DNA of 24,884 nucleotides from Oligoflexales bacterium (GCA_041736175.1 JBGSUI010000113.1:1-24884); one strand, 5' to 3'; shown: positions 1-9,926, counted from the first letter of the stretch. Notes: generated by a model not told the origin, from the sequence alone. Translations and numbers: made by a program.

Positions 1-42
1 TTGCGAGTACGAAAATAAGACCGGACCATGTGAGCCACCCGG

Positions 43-483
43 ATGGCCTATCCAGGACAATGGCTCGCTGGCTCACGTGGCCGGAGACAAGCGAAGCGCG
101 TCAGTCATAAAATTAAACGCCAACGGGTAGAGGATGGAAAAAAATCTAAAGGTGTCTTAGAATTTCATTGCGCCAACAGAACTGAAACGGACTGCGTCAA
201 TGGGCGTGAAACGCAACACGAGGAAACGCAAAACTTGGTTTATGACGGCACCTGTAGCGATCTCCTCAATGCTGATCCATTCATCCCAGAGATTGCAGCT
301 GCCCATGTCATTGCGCGTCAAATGCGTCAGCAGTTCTCAAATGAAACTCTCGCTTATCTAACCAAGATACTCAGAGACCAAGCAAGACGATCGATCCTAC
401 ACCCGCAAATGCAACTCAATTCGCCGAATCAAGCACTCGCCGAACAGCAGCTCGATGCTCTAATCGAAGAACTCACTAAATAG
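43..483 (+). CDS. Hypothetical protein; possibly the 3' part of a longer gene entering from the left edge
   Basis: 146-aa ORF with a helical C-terminus (ALAEQQLDALIEELTK). The ATG at 43 has no clear SD. Frame +2 is open from base 2 to a TAG at about 128-130 and could join this frame. Confidence 0.45.
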   Translation: MAYPGQWLAGSRGRRQAKRVSHKIKRQRVEDGKKSKGVLEFHCANRTETDCVNGRETQHEETQNLVYDGTCSDLLNADPFIPEIAAAHVIARQMRQQFSNETLAYLTKILRDQARRSILHPQMQLNSPNQALAEQQLDALIEELTK

Positions 484-754
484 CCCCGTATCCAGTCTTG
501 CCGACTCCTCGCGGACCAAACAAGAAAAAACTATTTCATTTTGATAAGTTATATAGTCGTCGGATCATAATCCGAATTTTAACGCTTTTTTCGGGGTGAG
601 TTCAAGTACGCGCCACAATCAGCTTTCGGCAAAGGAAAGGCTGGGAGAAGAGTTCTGGGCCAAAAAGAGACAAGAGCGGGACCTAACTCTCTTGAGGGCG
701 TGTCGTCCCGGGACGAACTTCTCTTATGGCCTACGCTAGGGTCGAAGCCAAAAG

Positions 755-2047
755 TCACGACTGCAGGAAGAATGTGTGCGGGCCAGCAAATCCCGCGATC
801 GAGACCCAGCTACTAAGACTCCCCACCTGGACTGGGCTACTGCGGGAAGTCGTCGACCCAAGGCCCAGCTGGCCAACAGAGTTATCTCCAAAGCCCCAAA
901 GGGTGCCGTCCGTGCGGCGAGCTACAGTGTGGTAGTATCCCACCGCCACCTCTGTCCAGCTGCTAAGACTTCCCACTTGGACTGGACTACTGCGGTGAAT
1001 CGTCGACCCAAGGCCCAGCTGACCGTAAGTGTTACGCCCAAAAATCCAAAGGGTGCCGTCCGTGCGGCGGGCCACCGTGTGGTAGCTTCCCCCTGCCAGC
1101 TTTGTCCAGCTGCTAAGACTCCCCACCTGGACTGGGCTACTGCGGGAAGTCGTCGACCCAAGGCCCAGTTGGCCGTAAAAGTTATACCCAATAACCCAGA
1201 GGGTGCCGTCCGTGCGGCGGGCCACGGTGTGGTGGGATCCCCCCGACACTTCCGTCCAGCTGCTAAGAGTCCCCACCTGTACCGGGCTACTGCGGTGATT
1301 CATGTGGCCCAGGCCTAGCTGACCGTAAGCGTTGCGGCCAAAAGACCAAAGGCTGCCGTCCGTGCGGCGGGCCACGGTGTGGTGGGCTCCCCCCGCCACT
1401 TCTGTCCAGCTGCTCAGACTTCCCACCTGAACTGGGCTACTGCGGTTAATCCCGTCGCCCAGGCCTAGCTGGCCGTAAGCGTTGCGTCCAAAAACCCAGA
1501 GGGTGCCGTCCTTGCGGCGAGCTGCGGTGTGCCAGGCTCCCCCCGCCACCTCAGTCCAGCTGCTAAGACTCCCCACCTGGACTGGGCTACTGCGGTGAGT
1601 CATGTCGCCCAGGCCCAGCTGACCATAAGAGTTACGCCCAAAAGCCCAGAGGGTGCCGTCCGTGCGCCTTACCACGGTGTGGTAGGCTCCCCCCGCCACT
1701 TCCGTCCAGCTACTTAGACTCCCCACCTGGACCGGGCTACTGCGGGAAGTCGTCGACCCAAGGCCCAGCTGGCCGTAAGAGTTATTCCCACAAGCCCACA
1801 TGGTGAGTTGGGTCTGTTTCTTTTTCTTAAACAGCATCATGTTGCCAAACGCCAGCCCCTGATCCCCCTCCAGCGCCAGCCAAGACCCTAAAGCTACTTT
1901 GGGCAGGGTGCCGATCAGATCCCGTCGCGAGAGGGTATCGGGTTCTTGGGGCTTACCAGAAGCTTCAGGGGGAGAGGGGAGAGCCTCTTTTTCTGGCGCT
2001 TCCACAACAAGTTGCGCAGGGACTATGTCTTTGCGTTCATCAGTCAT
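755..2047 (-). CDS. RCC1/BLIP-II-type 7-bladed beta-propeller repeat protein with putative Tat signal
   Basis: Seven 50-aa repeats of consensus WxFGxNxYGQLGLGxxxxRSSPVQVGSLSSWTEVAGGxxHTVARRTDGTL (RCC1 signature GxNxxGQLG). N-terminal LSRRDLI twin-arginine-like motif followed by a hydrophobic stretch. GAGG SD upstream. Confidence 0.9.
   Translation of the reverse strand: MTDERKDIVPAQLVVEAPEKEALPSPPEASGKPQEPDTLSRRDLIGTLPKVALGSWLALEGDQGLAFGNMMLFKKKKQTQLTMWACGNNSYGQLGLGSTTSRSSPVQVGSLSSWTEVAGGAYHTVVRRTDGTLWAFGRNSYGQLGLGDMTHRSSPVQVGSLSSWTEVAGGAWHTAARRKDGTLWVFGRNAYGQLGLGDGINRSSPVQVGSLSSWTEVAGGAHHTVARRTDGSLWSFGRNAYGQLGLGHMNHRSSPVQVGTLSSWTEVSGGSHHTVARRTDGTLWVIGYNFYGQLGLGSTTSRSSPVQVGSLSSWTKLAGGSYHTVARRTDGTLWIFGRNTYGQLGLGSTIHRSSPVQVGSLSSWTEVAVGYYHTVARRTDGTLWGFGDNSVGQLGLGSTTSRSSPVQVGSLSSWVSIAGFAGPHTFFLQS
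805..1799. repeat. Intragenic 150-bp tandem repeat, about 6.6 units
   Basis: The motif (c/t)cccac(c/t)tg recurs at 821, 971, 1121, 1271, 1421, 1571 and 1721, an exact 150-bp period with high nucleotide identity. Confidence 0.95.
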
Positions 2048-2202
2048 AATGGCTCGCCTCGCTTTGGTAAGAAAAAATAAAATGTTCTGAAATCAGGGTA
2101 TCAGACAAGAGCAAGGCCAGTCAATTCAGTTTAGTGAGAAGATTCCCAGCTAGGTATTTGAGGGTAATCACGAAAATCCTCACGGTACTCCTGAACCAAC
2201 CC

Positions 2203-2231
2203 TTGAAAAAACGGTGATCGATGGCTATAAA
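2203..2231 (+). promoter_or_regulatory. Possible sigma70 promoter of maeB
   Basis: TTGAAA-17 nt-TATAAA about 85 nt upstream of the likely start; the -10 lacks the conserved final T. Confidence 0.35.
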
Positions 2232-2315
2232 AAGCCCCAGAGTGGGTTCTCCGATTGACTCCGTCCGAGAATCGAGCTTGAATCCATGTTGTGGTATCGA
2301 TTCTGCGGAGACAAC

Positions 2316-4586
2316 ATGGACATTAACTACGAATTGCTGGCCCTTGAGTTTCACGAGCGGGAACCTAAGGGCAAAATCCATACGGGTTTGTCTAAACCCC
2401 TGGATTCCCAGATGGACCTGGCCATCGCCTACTCGCCGGGAGTCGCCGGGCCCTGTCGCGAGATCCACAAAAACCCCGATCTATCCTACCGGTATACCGG
2501 GCGGGGCAATCTCGTCGGTGTTATCACCAACGGGACCGCGGTTTTAGGCCTAGGAGATATCGGCCCCTTTGCGGCCAAGCCGGTGATGGAGGGCAAGGCA
2601 GCACTCTTTAAGAAATTTGCGGATATCGATGTGTTTGACCTGGAGCTTAACTGCCAGGATGCCGATGAGTTCTGTGCCGCGGTCAAAGCTTTAGAACCCA
2701 CCTTTGGGGGAATCAACCTCGAAGACATCAAAGCTCCTGAATGCTTTTATATCGAAGAGCGCCTGCGGGCGACCATGTCGATCCCGGTCTTTCACGACGA
2801 CCAACATGGCACAGCGATCATCGCTTCGGCGGCATTTATCAACGCCCTGGAAATCACCGGCAGGACCATCGAAGCTACCCGGGTGGTTTTTTCGGGAGGT
2901 GGCGCAGCAGCGATCGCAACGGCGACGATGTTTATCACGTTAGGGGTTAAACCTGAAAATATTTTGATGGTCGATAGCAAGGGGGTCATCTTCGAGGGTC
3001 GGGAAAAGGGAATGAATGCCTATAAGGCCCATTTTGCCCGCAAGACTTCCTTGAGGACTCTTGCCCAAGCCCTCGTGGATGCAGATGCCTTTGTGGGCGT
3101 CTCCCAAGCCAACGTTTTAGATCCCGCTGCCCTTAAGGCCATGGCTCCAAACCCGATTATCTTTGCCCTGGCCAATCCTGATCCAGAGATTAAACCAGAT
3201 CTCGCTAAGAGCGTACGCCCAGATGCCATCATCGCCACAGGGCGCAGCGATTATCCCAATCAGGTGAATAACGTCCTAGGCTTTCCCTTTATTTTTCGCG
3301 GCGCCCTGGATGTCCAGGCGCGGACCATCAACGATGCCATGAAACTCGCCGCCGCCGAGGCCATAGCCAAACTGGCAAAAGAAGAAGTCCCGGAAGAAGT
3401 CCTCAAAGCCTACACTAAAAACGACCCCTATACCTTTGGCCGAGACTACCTGATCCCAAAACCCGTCGATCCTAGAGTGCTCCTATATGTGGCACCCGCC
3501 GTAGCAAAAGCAGCCATGGACTCCGGGGTGGCTCGATTAAAAATCGATCTCGATGAATACCGGCACAAAATCGAGATGATCCTCGGACCGACCCGCCGTA
3601 TGATCCGCACCTTGCGCAACCAAATCAACGAAGCAACCGTCCTCAACAAGAAGCGCCCAACCATCGTCATCCCCCATGGCCACGATAGCCGGGTGATTAA
3701 GGCTGCAAGCCAGGTTTATTATGAGGGTGGTGATATAAACATCATTCTATTAGGATCGCCAACCACCATCCTCGAACATGCAGAAGCTCTCAGCATCAAG
3801 AATTTTGACAAAAAAGTGGAGATCATCGATCCCTTAAAAGACCGGAGACTCCCCGCTTTTTGCGAAGATCTCTACACACTCAGACAACGGAAAGGGGTGT
3901 CCCGCTTAGCTGCCACCGAGCTGCTGCGCAACCACAATTATTACGCCGCTATGATGGTCCGCCAAGGCGTTGCTGATGCTATGATAAGCGGGCTGATTGA
4001 ACCCTATGTGCGTTCTCTCCGGCCCATCCTTGAGGTGATCGGCTGCCCCCCTCAGGCGACCCTCGCAGGTGTGAATATCCTCGCTTACGGCAAAAAACTG
4101 TTTTTTATCGCCGACGGGACGATCAATATCGATCCAAGCCCTGAAAAACTCGCTGATATAGCAGAAACGACTGCTGCCTTTGCCCGAAAATATCTCACCG
4201 AGCCCATTAGGGTGGCGCTCCTCTCGTTTTCTAGTTTTGGTTCCAACAATCATCCTAAAAACCAAAAAGTGGCGCGGGCTACCCAGCTCCTAGGACAGAG
4301 GAAGGTCCCTTTTGCCTTTGACGGGGAGATCCAGGCCGATATAGCCCTGAGCGCTAAGCTCCAAGAGAGTGAGTTTCCCTTTTGCCAGCTTGGTGGCAGT
4401 GCCAATGTCCTGGTGTTTCCTGATCTGGAGTCGGCAAACATCTGTTACAAAGTCCTTTCGAGCCTTAAGGAATGCAAGGTCATCGGCCCAATTCTCTTAG
4501 GCCCTACTCATCCAGCCAATATCCTGGAGCGAAGCGCTACGACCCATGAGTTGGTCAATATGATTTATATCACGGCACTCCGCTGA
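2316..4586 (+). CDS. maeB: NADP-dependent malic enzyme with C-terminal phosphotransacetylase-like domain
   Basis: Motifs [69 protein letters not shown]-like C-terminus ([24 protein letters not shown]). ATG 2316 with GGAG SD is preferred over 2286. Confidence 0.95.
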   Translation: MDINYELLALEFHEREPKGKIHTGLSKPLDSQMDLAIAYSPGVAGPCREIHKNPDLSYRYTGRGNLVGVITNGTAVLGLGDIGPFAAKPVMEGKAALFKKFADIDVFDLELNCQDADEFCAAVKALEPTFGGINLEDIKAPECFYIEERLRATMSIPVFHDDQHGTAIIASAAFINALEITGRTIEATRVVFSGGGAAAIATATMFITLGVKPENILMVDSKGVIFEGREKGMNAYKAHFARKTSLRTLAQALVDADAFVGVSQANVLDPAALKAMAPNPIIFALANPDPEIKPDLAKSVRPDAIIATGRSDYPNQVNNVLGFPFIFRGALDVQARTINDAMKLAAAEAIAKLAKEEVPEEVLKAYTKNDPYTFGRDYLIPKPVDPRVLLYVAPAVAKAAMDSGVARLKIDLDEYRHKIEMILGPTRRMIRTLRNQINEATVLNKKRPTIVIPHGHDSRVIKAASQVYYEGGDINIILLGSPTTILEHAEALSIKNFDKKVEIIDPLKDRRLPAFCEDLYTLRQRKGVSRLAATELLRNHNYYAAMMVRQGVADAMISGLIEPYVRSLRPILEVIGCPPQATLAGVNILAYGKKLFFIADGTINIDPSPEKLADIAETTAAFARKYLTEPIRVALLSFSSFGSNNHPKNQKVARATQLLGQRKVPFAFDGEIQADIALSAKLQESEFPFCQLGGSANVLVFPDLESANICYKVLSSLKECKVIGPILLGPTHPANILERSATTHELVNMIYITALR

Positions 4587-5033
4587 TAAGCGGAGAGAGG
4601 CCAGCTTCAGGGAAGAAATCGATGGAAGATTTTACGGATGGGTCAATTTTGGAGGGGGTTCCCTATCGGGAATGATGCAGAGTGATCGAAGGCCGCTGAA
4701 GCTTGGCTCCCTATCAGAATCCGTTAAATTCCCAGTGCTGTATCCAGATGGTTCTTTTATAAAGATTCCGGCTTTTCAAGGATTAACTTGCATCCGCTAG
4801 GCCTCTACGTCAATGGCCTTGCGAGAATTCCCCTCCGTTTATCCACCATGGCTTTTATTCTAACCACCGTGGTGATTTTACACCCCTTCTCACAATCACA
4901 GGTGAGCTATGCCCTGGACCCTTAGACCATTGCCTCCAAAACTCACAGGAACTCGGTGACGGGCTTTAAATCCTTGACCGTATCCAGACGATTGACAAAA
5001 TATGAGAACAATCCCCAATTTGTTAAAATTGAT

Positions 5034-5978
5034 TTACTGATTCTTGATAGAATTTACGAGTGTTTCATAGGCGTCATAAATTTCCCGAGTTTTTATTTTG
5101 GCTGCTTCTGAATTTCCCACTTTATCAGGATGGTTTTTTAGCAACATTTGATTTCGAGCTGCTTTGAGAGTTTCAGGGTCTAATTTCTTATTGGGATCAA
5201 GACCCAACGTCTGGAATGCTTTGATGATTTTAGCGTTAAAGTTAGCTACGGGTTTAGATAGTAAATTATCTAAGAAGATATCCTTTAAGGGCATAAATTT
5301 GACTTCTGAAGCACAATTTTGTAAGGCGATGCCTACTAACACGCCATTCCTTTTGTCTAGTACTGGAGCGCCTGTCAAGCTTGTTTTTTGGTCAGTGTCA
5401 TCTCTACCATTAAATTCAAAACTGCGAAGCGTCCATTTATGACCAGAATGATAGGCGCTGTTCGAAGGTGCATATGCTAAAAATTCAATATTTGAAGCCT
5501 TCCCCGTGCGCTCTATACTTGGTAAAACAATTTCTTTAACTTCAGCTTGTAATTCTAAAACTACAAAATAGTAAGCCCAAGGATTTTGTACGGGTAATTT
5601 AATCGTTTTAACTATTCCGATTTCTTTTAATGGTTTACCTTTCGAGTAAAAGGATAAAGAATATGGTGAACCACAATGTAACGCGCCGGTAATTGCATGT
5701 TTTGGTCCAATCATCGTCGCATGACATACTTTATTGTCACTAGAATGCGTCATTGCGACAAAGTTTTCTTGTTCAGAAGGACCTTGATCGGCGTTAGCGG
5801 CGCTGAGATCTGAAGATGTTTTTTGAAGACAAGATGTAAATAGTAATGTGTATACAAAATAATAAGTTAGATACCTAAACAAAACTACGACGTTAAGGCT
5901 TCTTTTTTGTTTTCCAAAATGGTTACATAAATGCATTGTGAATTTCCTATTTTGTAATTGAGTGATATCACAAAACAT
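5034..5978 (-). CDS. Putative exported protein: degenerate trypsin-like domain plus C-terminal J-domain
   Basis: CHATMIGPKHAITGALHC resembles the trypsin CxGxLIxxxxVLTAAHC motif, and TGAPVL...LVGI resembles SGGPL...LVGI. C-terminus FQTLGL...LKAARNQMLLKNHPDK...EIYDAYETL is a J-domain with HPD. Hydrophobic stretch ends LLFTSC. AT-rich; the true start is probably downstream of 5978. Confidence 0.7.
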   Translation of the reverse strand: MFCDITQLQNRKFTMHLCNHFGKQKRSLNVVVLFRYLTYYFVYTLLFTSCLQKTSSDLSAANADQGPSEQENFVAMTHSSDNKVCHATMIGPKHAITGALHCGSPYSLSFYSKGKPLKEIGIVKTIKLPVQNPWAYYFVVLELQAEVKEIVLPSIERTGKASNIEFLAYAPSNSAYHSGHKWTLRSFEFNGRDDTDQKTSLTGAPVLDKRNGVLVGIALQNCASEVKFMPLKDIFLDNLLSKPVANFNAKIIKAFQTLGLDPNKKLDPETLKAARNQMLLKNHPDKVGNSEAAKIKTREIYDAYETLVNSIKNQ

Positions 5979-5994
5979 GCATTTTATATGCCTA
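5978..5994 (-). promoter_or_regulatory. Possible sigma54 -24/-12 promoter
   Basis: Minus strand reads TAGGCATATAAAATGCA: GG-N10-GC spacing, resembling TGGCAC-N5-TTGCA. Confidence 0.4.
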
Positions 5995-6149
5995 GGTTAT
6001 TTTCAACATTGTCGCTTATTTATTTAGTTTTTTGTGACTAAGAGTTTGACGCCTAGGTGTCCTATTTGACACCTTAAGGCTCCTTTAAGGCTCTAATGCA
6101 GAGATTGAGGGGAATCTAAAACTCCAGAATGTATACCCATTTATTGAGG

Positions 6150-7094
6150 TTAGTAGGAGATGGCCGTACTCCAAAACAGCGCATGATCATAAAGTCCTGG
6201 TGATTTTAGACCCGAGCTGATGACCACCGAATATTCGGTGTCCCCAATCAATGGTGCGAGTCTATACTCCCGATCCTCTTCGCCGTTTGACGTTGGCATT
6301 ATGGGCTGTTCTGAAATAAGCGTCGTCCCTAAGTAAAGAGCGACTCTTCCAGTTTGACCAAATCCGCAGCTCCGCTTGATCAACAGATGCCCCTCGGTGC
6401 TCTGTTCTAAAGTCCTAAAAGTCATTTTGAACTCGGTCATGGGCTTTAAATCCTTGACTGCATCCACAGAATCCTGGGTGCAGCCTTCGTAGGCCGCAGG
6501 ACTGGAATCCCCAAGATGAACTGGGGCGGTGCTGAATTCTGCTACAAAAACTTGGTCCATCTCCTTATTTTTAATATTGACCTTAATATTTTTTACGGAC
6601 CTAATCGCTTCAACGGCACCCGTGATTTCTAAGTCGAATTTGACGTGCTCGACTAACCACCGACTACTCACGCTGACTAACGATGGGGTAGAGTCGAAGG
6701 CTAATACCGTTAGTTCAGGGGCCGATTTAAAGGTGTACCTCTTATTGCCGTCTTCTCGCAAAAAGCAGGAAATTTTGTTGGATTTTTCACAAACCAAGAA
6801 CATACCACTGATCGGCTGCGGCCTATCAGCAACAGAATCCTCTGGACTATGGGTCGACTCCCCTACAGATCCTGATGTGGTGTTTTTGTTTGGTTTATCT
6901 TGCTTTCGATTGAGTTTTTCGTCTCCTTTTTCCTGGGAACTTGCCTCCGCTTCCATTGGAACGGCTACACCTTGTGCATCCTTGGCACTCCGTAGTTGAG
7001 TCGTCTCTTTGCTCCCATTCAGAACTTGTAATGAAGATGAACAACCAAAATTGGCTATTGTAAGCAGTGTATAGAGTCCTAAAATAGGTTTCAT
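6150..7094 (-). CDS. Hypothetical lipoprotein
   Basis: Signal/lipobox MKPILGLYTLLTIANFG-C, AGGAGG SD, low-complexity linker followed by a beta-rich, Cys-containing domain. Confidence 0.75.
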   Translation of the reverse strand: MKPILGLYTLLTIANFGCSSSLQVLNGSKETTQLRSAKDAQGVAVPMEAEASSQEKGDEKLNRKQDKPNKNTTSGSVGESTHSPEDSVADRPQPISGMFLVCEKSNKISCFLREDGNKRYTFKSAPELTVLAFDSTPSLVSVSSRWLVEHVKFDLEITGAVEAIRSVKNIKVNIKNKEMDQVFVAEFSTAPVHLGDSSPAAYEGCTQDSVDAVKDLKPMTEFKMTFRTLEQSTEGHLLIKRSCGFGQTGRVALYLGTTLISEQPIMPTSNGEEDREYRLAPLIGDTEYSVVISSGLKSPGLYDHALFWSTAISY

Positions 7095-7114
7095 TGTGTC
7101 CTCCTATAGAAAGC

Positions 7115-7141
7115 TTATCGGGCAACTCCGATTTTTTATGA
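7115..7141 (-). promoter_or_regulatory. Possible sigma28 (FliA) promoter
   Basis: Minus strand TCAT-N15-CCCGATAA versus consensus TAAA-N15-GCCGATAA, just upstream of the SD. Confidence 0.45.
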
Positions 7142-7420
7142 GCAATCGACTATTTTTTAGTTATATCAGAATCTTAAAAGACAGAGTTACATACAGAGTC
7201 GAACAGCTCATGTTTAATGATCCAAGCAGGGGCTCACTCCTTTATAGCGGAGCTGGAAGCTTAACTTGAAATTTTGGACAAAACCCCCTAGGTTGGCCCA
7301 TGCTGCGGCATCTTTAGGTACGAAAAAGGAATACTAAATTCCTCCATTTTTTGGTCTTGCGTTGCTGCAGAAACTGAGGTACTCATTTGCCATCAGTCTT
7401 AAAGAATAACCAGGACGACC

Positions 7421-8188
7421 ATGACTTTCGATCTGAGTGAAGATCTAAAACAGGTGATTGACCAATATCTTGATGGCCATAAGACCAGGTCTTTGGCGAC
7501 TCTTTCAAGGATATCTGGAGTCTCCTATACGACGCTCCGGCGGTTTGCGCAGCGGGAAGGAACTCCTACGGCAGAGCCGGTTCTCAAAATCCTAGATTCC
7601 ACCTTAGGCACCCGAGAAAAAATCGAATTTCTAGAAAAACATTTTCCGGAGATTGCCCGGACCATTTCTCGGTATGCCCAAAAAGCCAGTCGCGAAGAAG
7701 ACCCCTCTCGGGAAAACTTAAAAATGTTCTACCGCCGAGACCCCCATAATTTAATCCTCAATCTAGCGATCAGTGTAAAGGGAACCGAAGTCAAAACCAT
7801 CCGCCGCCTTTGTGGCGAGCGGGGTCTGGAAGCCCTTGATGAGTTGGTCGAATGCCAGGTTTTAGAGAGGGATTTAGCCACCGGGGCGATCCGTTACCGG
7901 GATGATACGATGCTGAGTGTGGATAGCGATTTCTTGCTGGACCAAATCAAGCATTCGGTGGATTATTTTGATCGGGCTATGTTAGGCTCACAGATGGCTC
8001 GGCTCGCGCACTTAACTGCGTCGGTAAATAAAGAAGGACTTCAAAAAATCTACCAGATTCTATCGGTCGCCGTTAATGAGATCGCGACAGTCAACGAGGA
8101 TCCTAAGTTTTTTGGGGGAATTCCCTATTTTGTCGGGGCACTTATGAACGTCTACGACAAAAAGCCCCTGCAAAGCGATGAGGAATAA
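7421..8188 (+). CDS. HTH-domain putative transcriptional regulator (TIGR02147/DUF4423-like architecture)
   Basis: N-terminal XRE-like HTH (SLATLSRISGVSYTTLRRF), central winged-helix-like segment (EALDELVECQVLER), about 255 aa. AGGA SD. Confidence 0.65.
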   Translation: MTFDLSEDLKQVIDQYLDGHKTRSLATLSRISGVSYTTLRRFAQREGTPTAEPVLKILDSTLGTREKIEFLEKHFPEIARTISRYAQKASREEDPSRENLKMFYRRDPHNLILNLAISVKGTEVKTIRRLCGERGLEALDELVECQVLERDLATGAIRYRDDTMLSVDSDFLLDQIKHSVDYFDRAMLGSQMARLAHLTASVNKEGLQKIYQILSVAVNEIATVNEDPKFFGGIPYFVGALMNVYDKKPLQSDEE

Positions 8189-8191
8189 GCA

Positions 8192-8647
8192 ATGGTTCAG
8201 ACGATAAGAAGGTGTTTCCAACAGAGTATCTTGGCTGCCAGCTTAGTATTAGCAGCCTTTAGCGGCTCTTCGGTCAGCTTTGGGTCCACTGATACCCATG
8301 TTGCCGCAGAAACTCTCGCCGAAATTGTGATCGATAACGGAACCATTGGGATCCTCAAGGTCAAAGCAATCGTCGATATTTCTCGCTCTCAAGACTATAG
8401 CTCCCTAGTCCTGATCATCGATGATCCTGATTTTGACAACCTCGTTCAAATCAGAAATCAGCACGGATCTAAAGTGACTGTGGTCTTGGGAGAGCCCCAG
8501 ATCACATTTTCTCTTATTAAATCGGTTATGAAAAGACGGGGAATCATGGGTCGAAAGATGTACCAGCGAGACCCGATCTGGATCCTACCCCAACGCTATG
8601 CGGCGGATCTCAACCAGTACCGGCACTTTAGTAGCCAGTACCTTTAG
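8192..8647 (+). CDS. Hypothetical secreted protein
   Basis: Starts 3 nt after the regulator's stop with a GAGG SD. Sec-like signal peptide (RR...ILAASLVLAAFSG). The 3' end overlaps convergent mtnC by 20 bp. Confidence 0.6.
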   Translation: MVQTIRRCFQQSILAASLVLAAFSGSSVSFGSTDTHVAAETLAEIVIDNGTIGILKVKAIVDISRSQDYSSLVLIIDDPDFDNLVQIRNQHGSKVTVVLGEPQITFSLIKSVMKRRGIMGRKMYQRDPIWILPQRYAADLNQYRHFSSQYL

Positions 8648-9419
8648 ATTTGTGACTCGGGGCTCTTCCTGGGAACAGGTCCCCGAGGAGACGATCTACC
8701 TGGACAAAATCGGCCGCAGTGGGGATCTCTGTGGCGGCATTTGAATGTTGTATGGACTTTCGGTCTAAGAGCACTGACTTTATACCGACGGCGTTCGCAG
8801 CCTCTCCTTCCCCCATAACATCCGTCAAAAATACCACTTCATGGGCCCCCACAGCCAAAGAGGATAGGATGTTTCGGTAGGAATCAGGATCTTTTTTAGG
8901 ACCAACACCAGTATCAAAGTACCAGGCAAAAAGGGGAGTTAAATCTCCAAAGACACTGTGGGAGAAAAGCAACTTTTGGGCTTGGATAGACCCCGAAGAA
9001 TACAGACTTAGTGACAGTCCTTGGCGGCGCCAAAGCCTTAACATATCAGGAACTTCAGGGTAAACATGGCCCTTAAAATCCCCCTGTCTATAGCCTTGTT
9101 CCCAGAGGAGTCCCTGGAGTTCCTTGAGGGCCGGATGTTTGCGGTCGATCTCAATCCAGTGGAGAAGTTCCCTGGTGATGCGATCTTGGGAGATGGCCCC
9201 ATCCCCCGGCTCCCCTAAATGTGGAGATTCTTGAAGGATGGTTGTGGCCGTGGCCTGGAGACATCGATCGACGACCGGCCAAAGAGTCGGATGACCCCTG
9301 GCTGAAGCTAAAAAACTGGGGAGGCGTTGTTTCGAAAACGGAAAAAGCGTTTTATGGACAAAATCAATATCTGTTGTGGTTCCCTCGATGTCCATGAGGA
9401 TCGTCTTAAGGCTCACCAT
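8628..9419 (-). CDS. mtnC: Enolase-phosphatase E1 (acireductone synthase), HAD family, methionine salvage
   Basis: ILMDIEGTTT, LKELQGLLWEQGY, YSSGSIQAQKLLF, YFDT, GPKK, FLTD motifs. Confidence 0.93.
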   Translation of the reverse strand: MVSLKTILMDIEGTTTDIDFVHKTLFPFSKQRLPSFLASARGHPTLWPVVDRCLQATATTILQESPHLGEPGDGAISQDRITRELLHWIEIDRKHPALKELQGLLWEQGYRQGDFKGHVYPEVPDMLRLWRRQGLSLSLYSSGSIQAQKLLFSHSVFGDLTPLFAWYFDTGVGPKKDPDSYRNILSSLAVGAHEVVFLTDVMGEGEAANAVGIKSVLLDRKSIQHSNAATEIPTAADFVQVDRLLGDLFPGRAPSHKSKGTGY

Positions 9420-9557
9420 CTCCCTTTCTTGGTAGTGGTTTTTTTGGCTACCATAGTATCAAAAAGCGCTATTTTGCTGGTCCCTATCTTGCTTGCGATA
9501 TAAGGTGGCCAGCTTAGTTGATTCTGCCGATTATGATCATGGACTAAGGAGAACGCC

Positions 9558-9920
9558 ATGGAAAATAAAATTCAATCCCTTTTGGTCCTCTTTATGCTTA
9601 GCCTTGTCTTTCCCCTAACCACCGCCCATGCTTTGACCTGCGCAGGCGGGATGAACACCACTTTTGGACCCCAAACCGTTCGCTACGAACTCAATGCCTA
9701 CGACGAGGCCCAACCAGAAGGCTATGTCAAATACTGGGGTCCAGGCACCGGCGCATGGACGGAAGGGAGATACCTTTGGATCCCAGATCCGGACTCCCAG
9801 CGAATGGTTTTGAAAATGTATTTCGGAATAGAAACGAACGTTTGTGTTTCTTACCGGAATGGACTCTTCACCTGTCGCAGCGACCAAACCCCCATAACCT
9901 GGGATATGCGGTGTGAATAA
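9558..9920 (+). CDS. Small hypothetical secreted protein
   Basis: AAGGAG SD, signal peptide ending AHA, four Cys in the mature part. GCCGATTA (sigma28 -10-like) at 9526-9533. Confidence 0.75.
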   Translation: MENKIQSLLVLFMLSLVFPLTTAHALTCAGGMNTTFGPQTVRYELNAYDEAQPEGYVKYWGPGTGAWTEGRYLWIPDPDSQRMVLKMYFGIETNVCVSYRNGLFTCRSDQTPITWDMRCE

Positions 9921-9926
9921 CAGGGC

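Noticed and set aside
551..585. ATATAGTCGTCGGATCATAATCCGA as a dif site or IS630/MITE end
   Set aside because: No XerD arm (TTATGTTAAAT) and no matching inverted partner or transposase seen; only a short TCGGAT/ATCCGA palindrome.
726..1717. Plus-strand and alternative-frame ORFs over the RCC1 gene (726-935, 776-1318, 922-1191, 1529-1717)
   Set aside because: Shadow ORFs caused by a GC-rich repeat with few stop codons.
805..1799. 150-bp repeats as a CRISPR array or DGR template/variable repeat
   Set aside because: The units are contiguous, in-frame and coding, with no unique spacers. Differences are not adenine-specific, and there is no cas gene or reverse transcriptase in the window.
4590..5030. 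440-bp gap after maeB as an ncRNA or pseudogene
   Set aside because: Only short ORFs (e.g. MAFILTTVVILHPFSQSQVSYALDP) and no recognisable RNA family motif.
6040..6095. Short repeats (TTTGACRCCT x2, TTAAGGCTC x2, AGGTGTC/GACACCT hairpin)
   Set aside because: Could be activator sites or a weak terminator, but too short to support a call.
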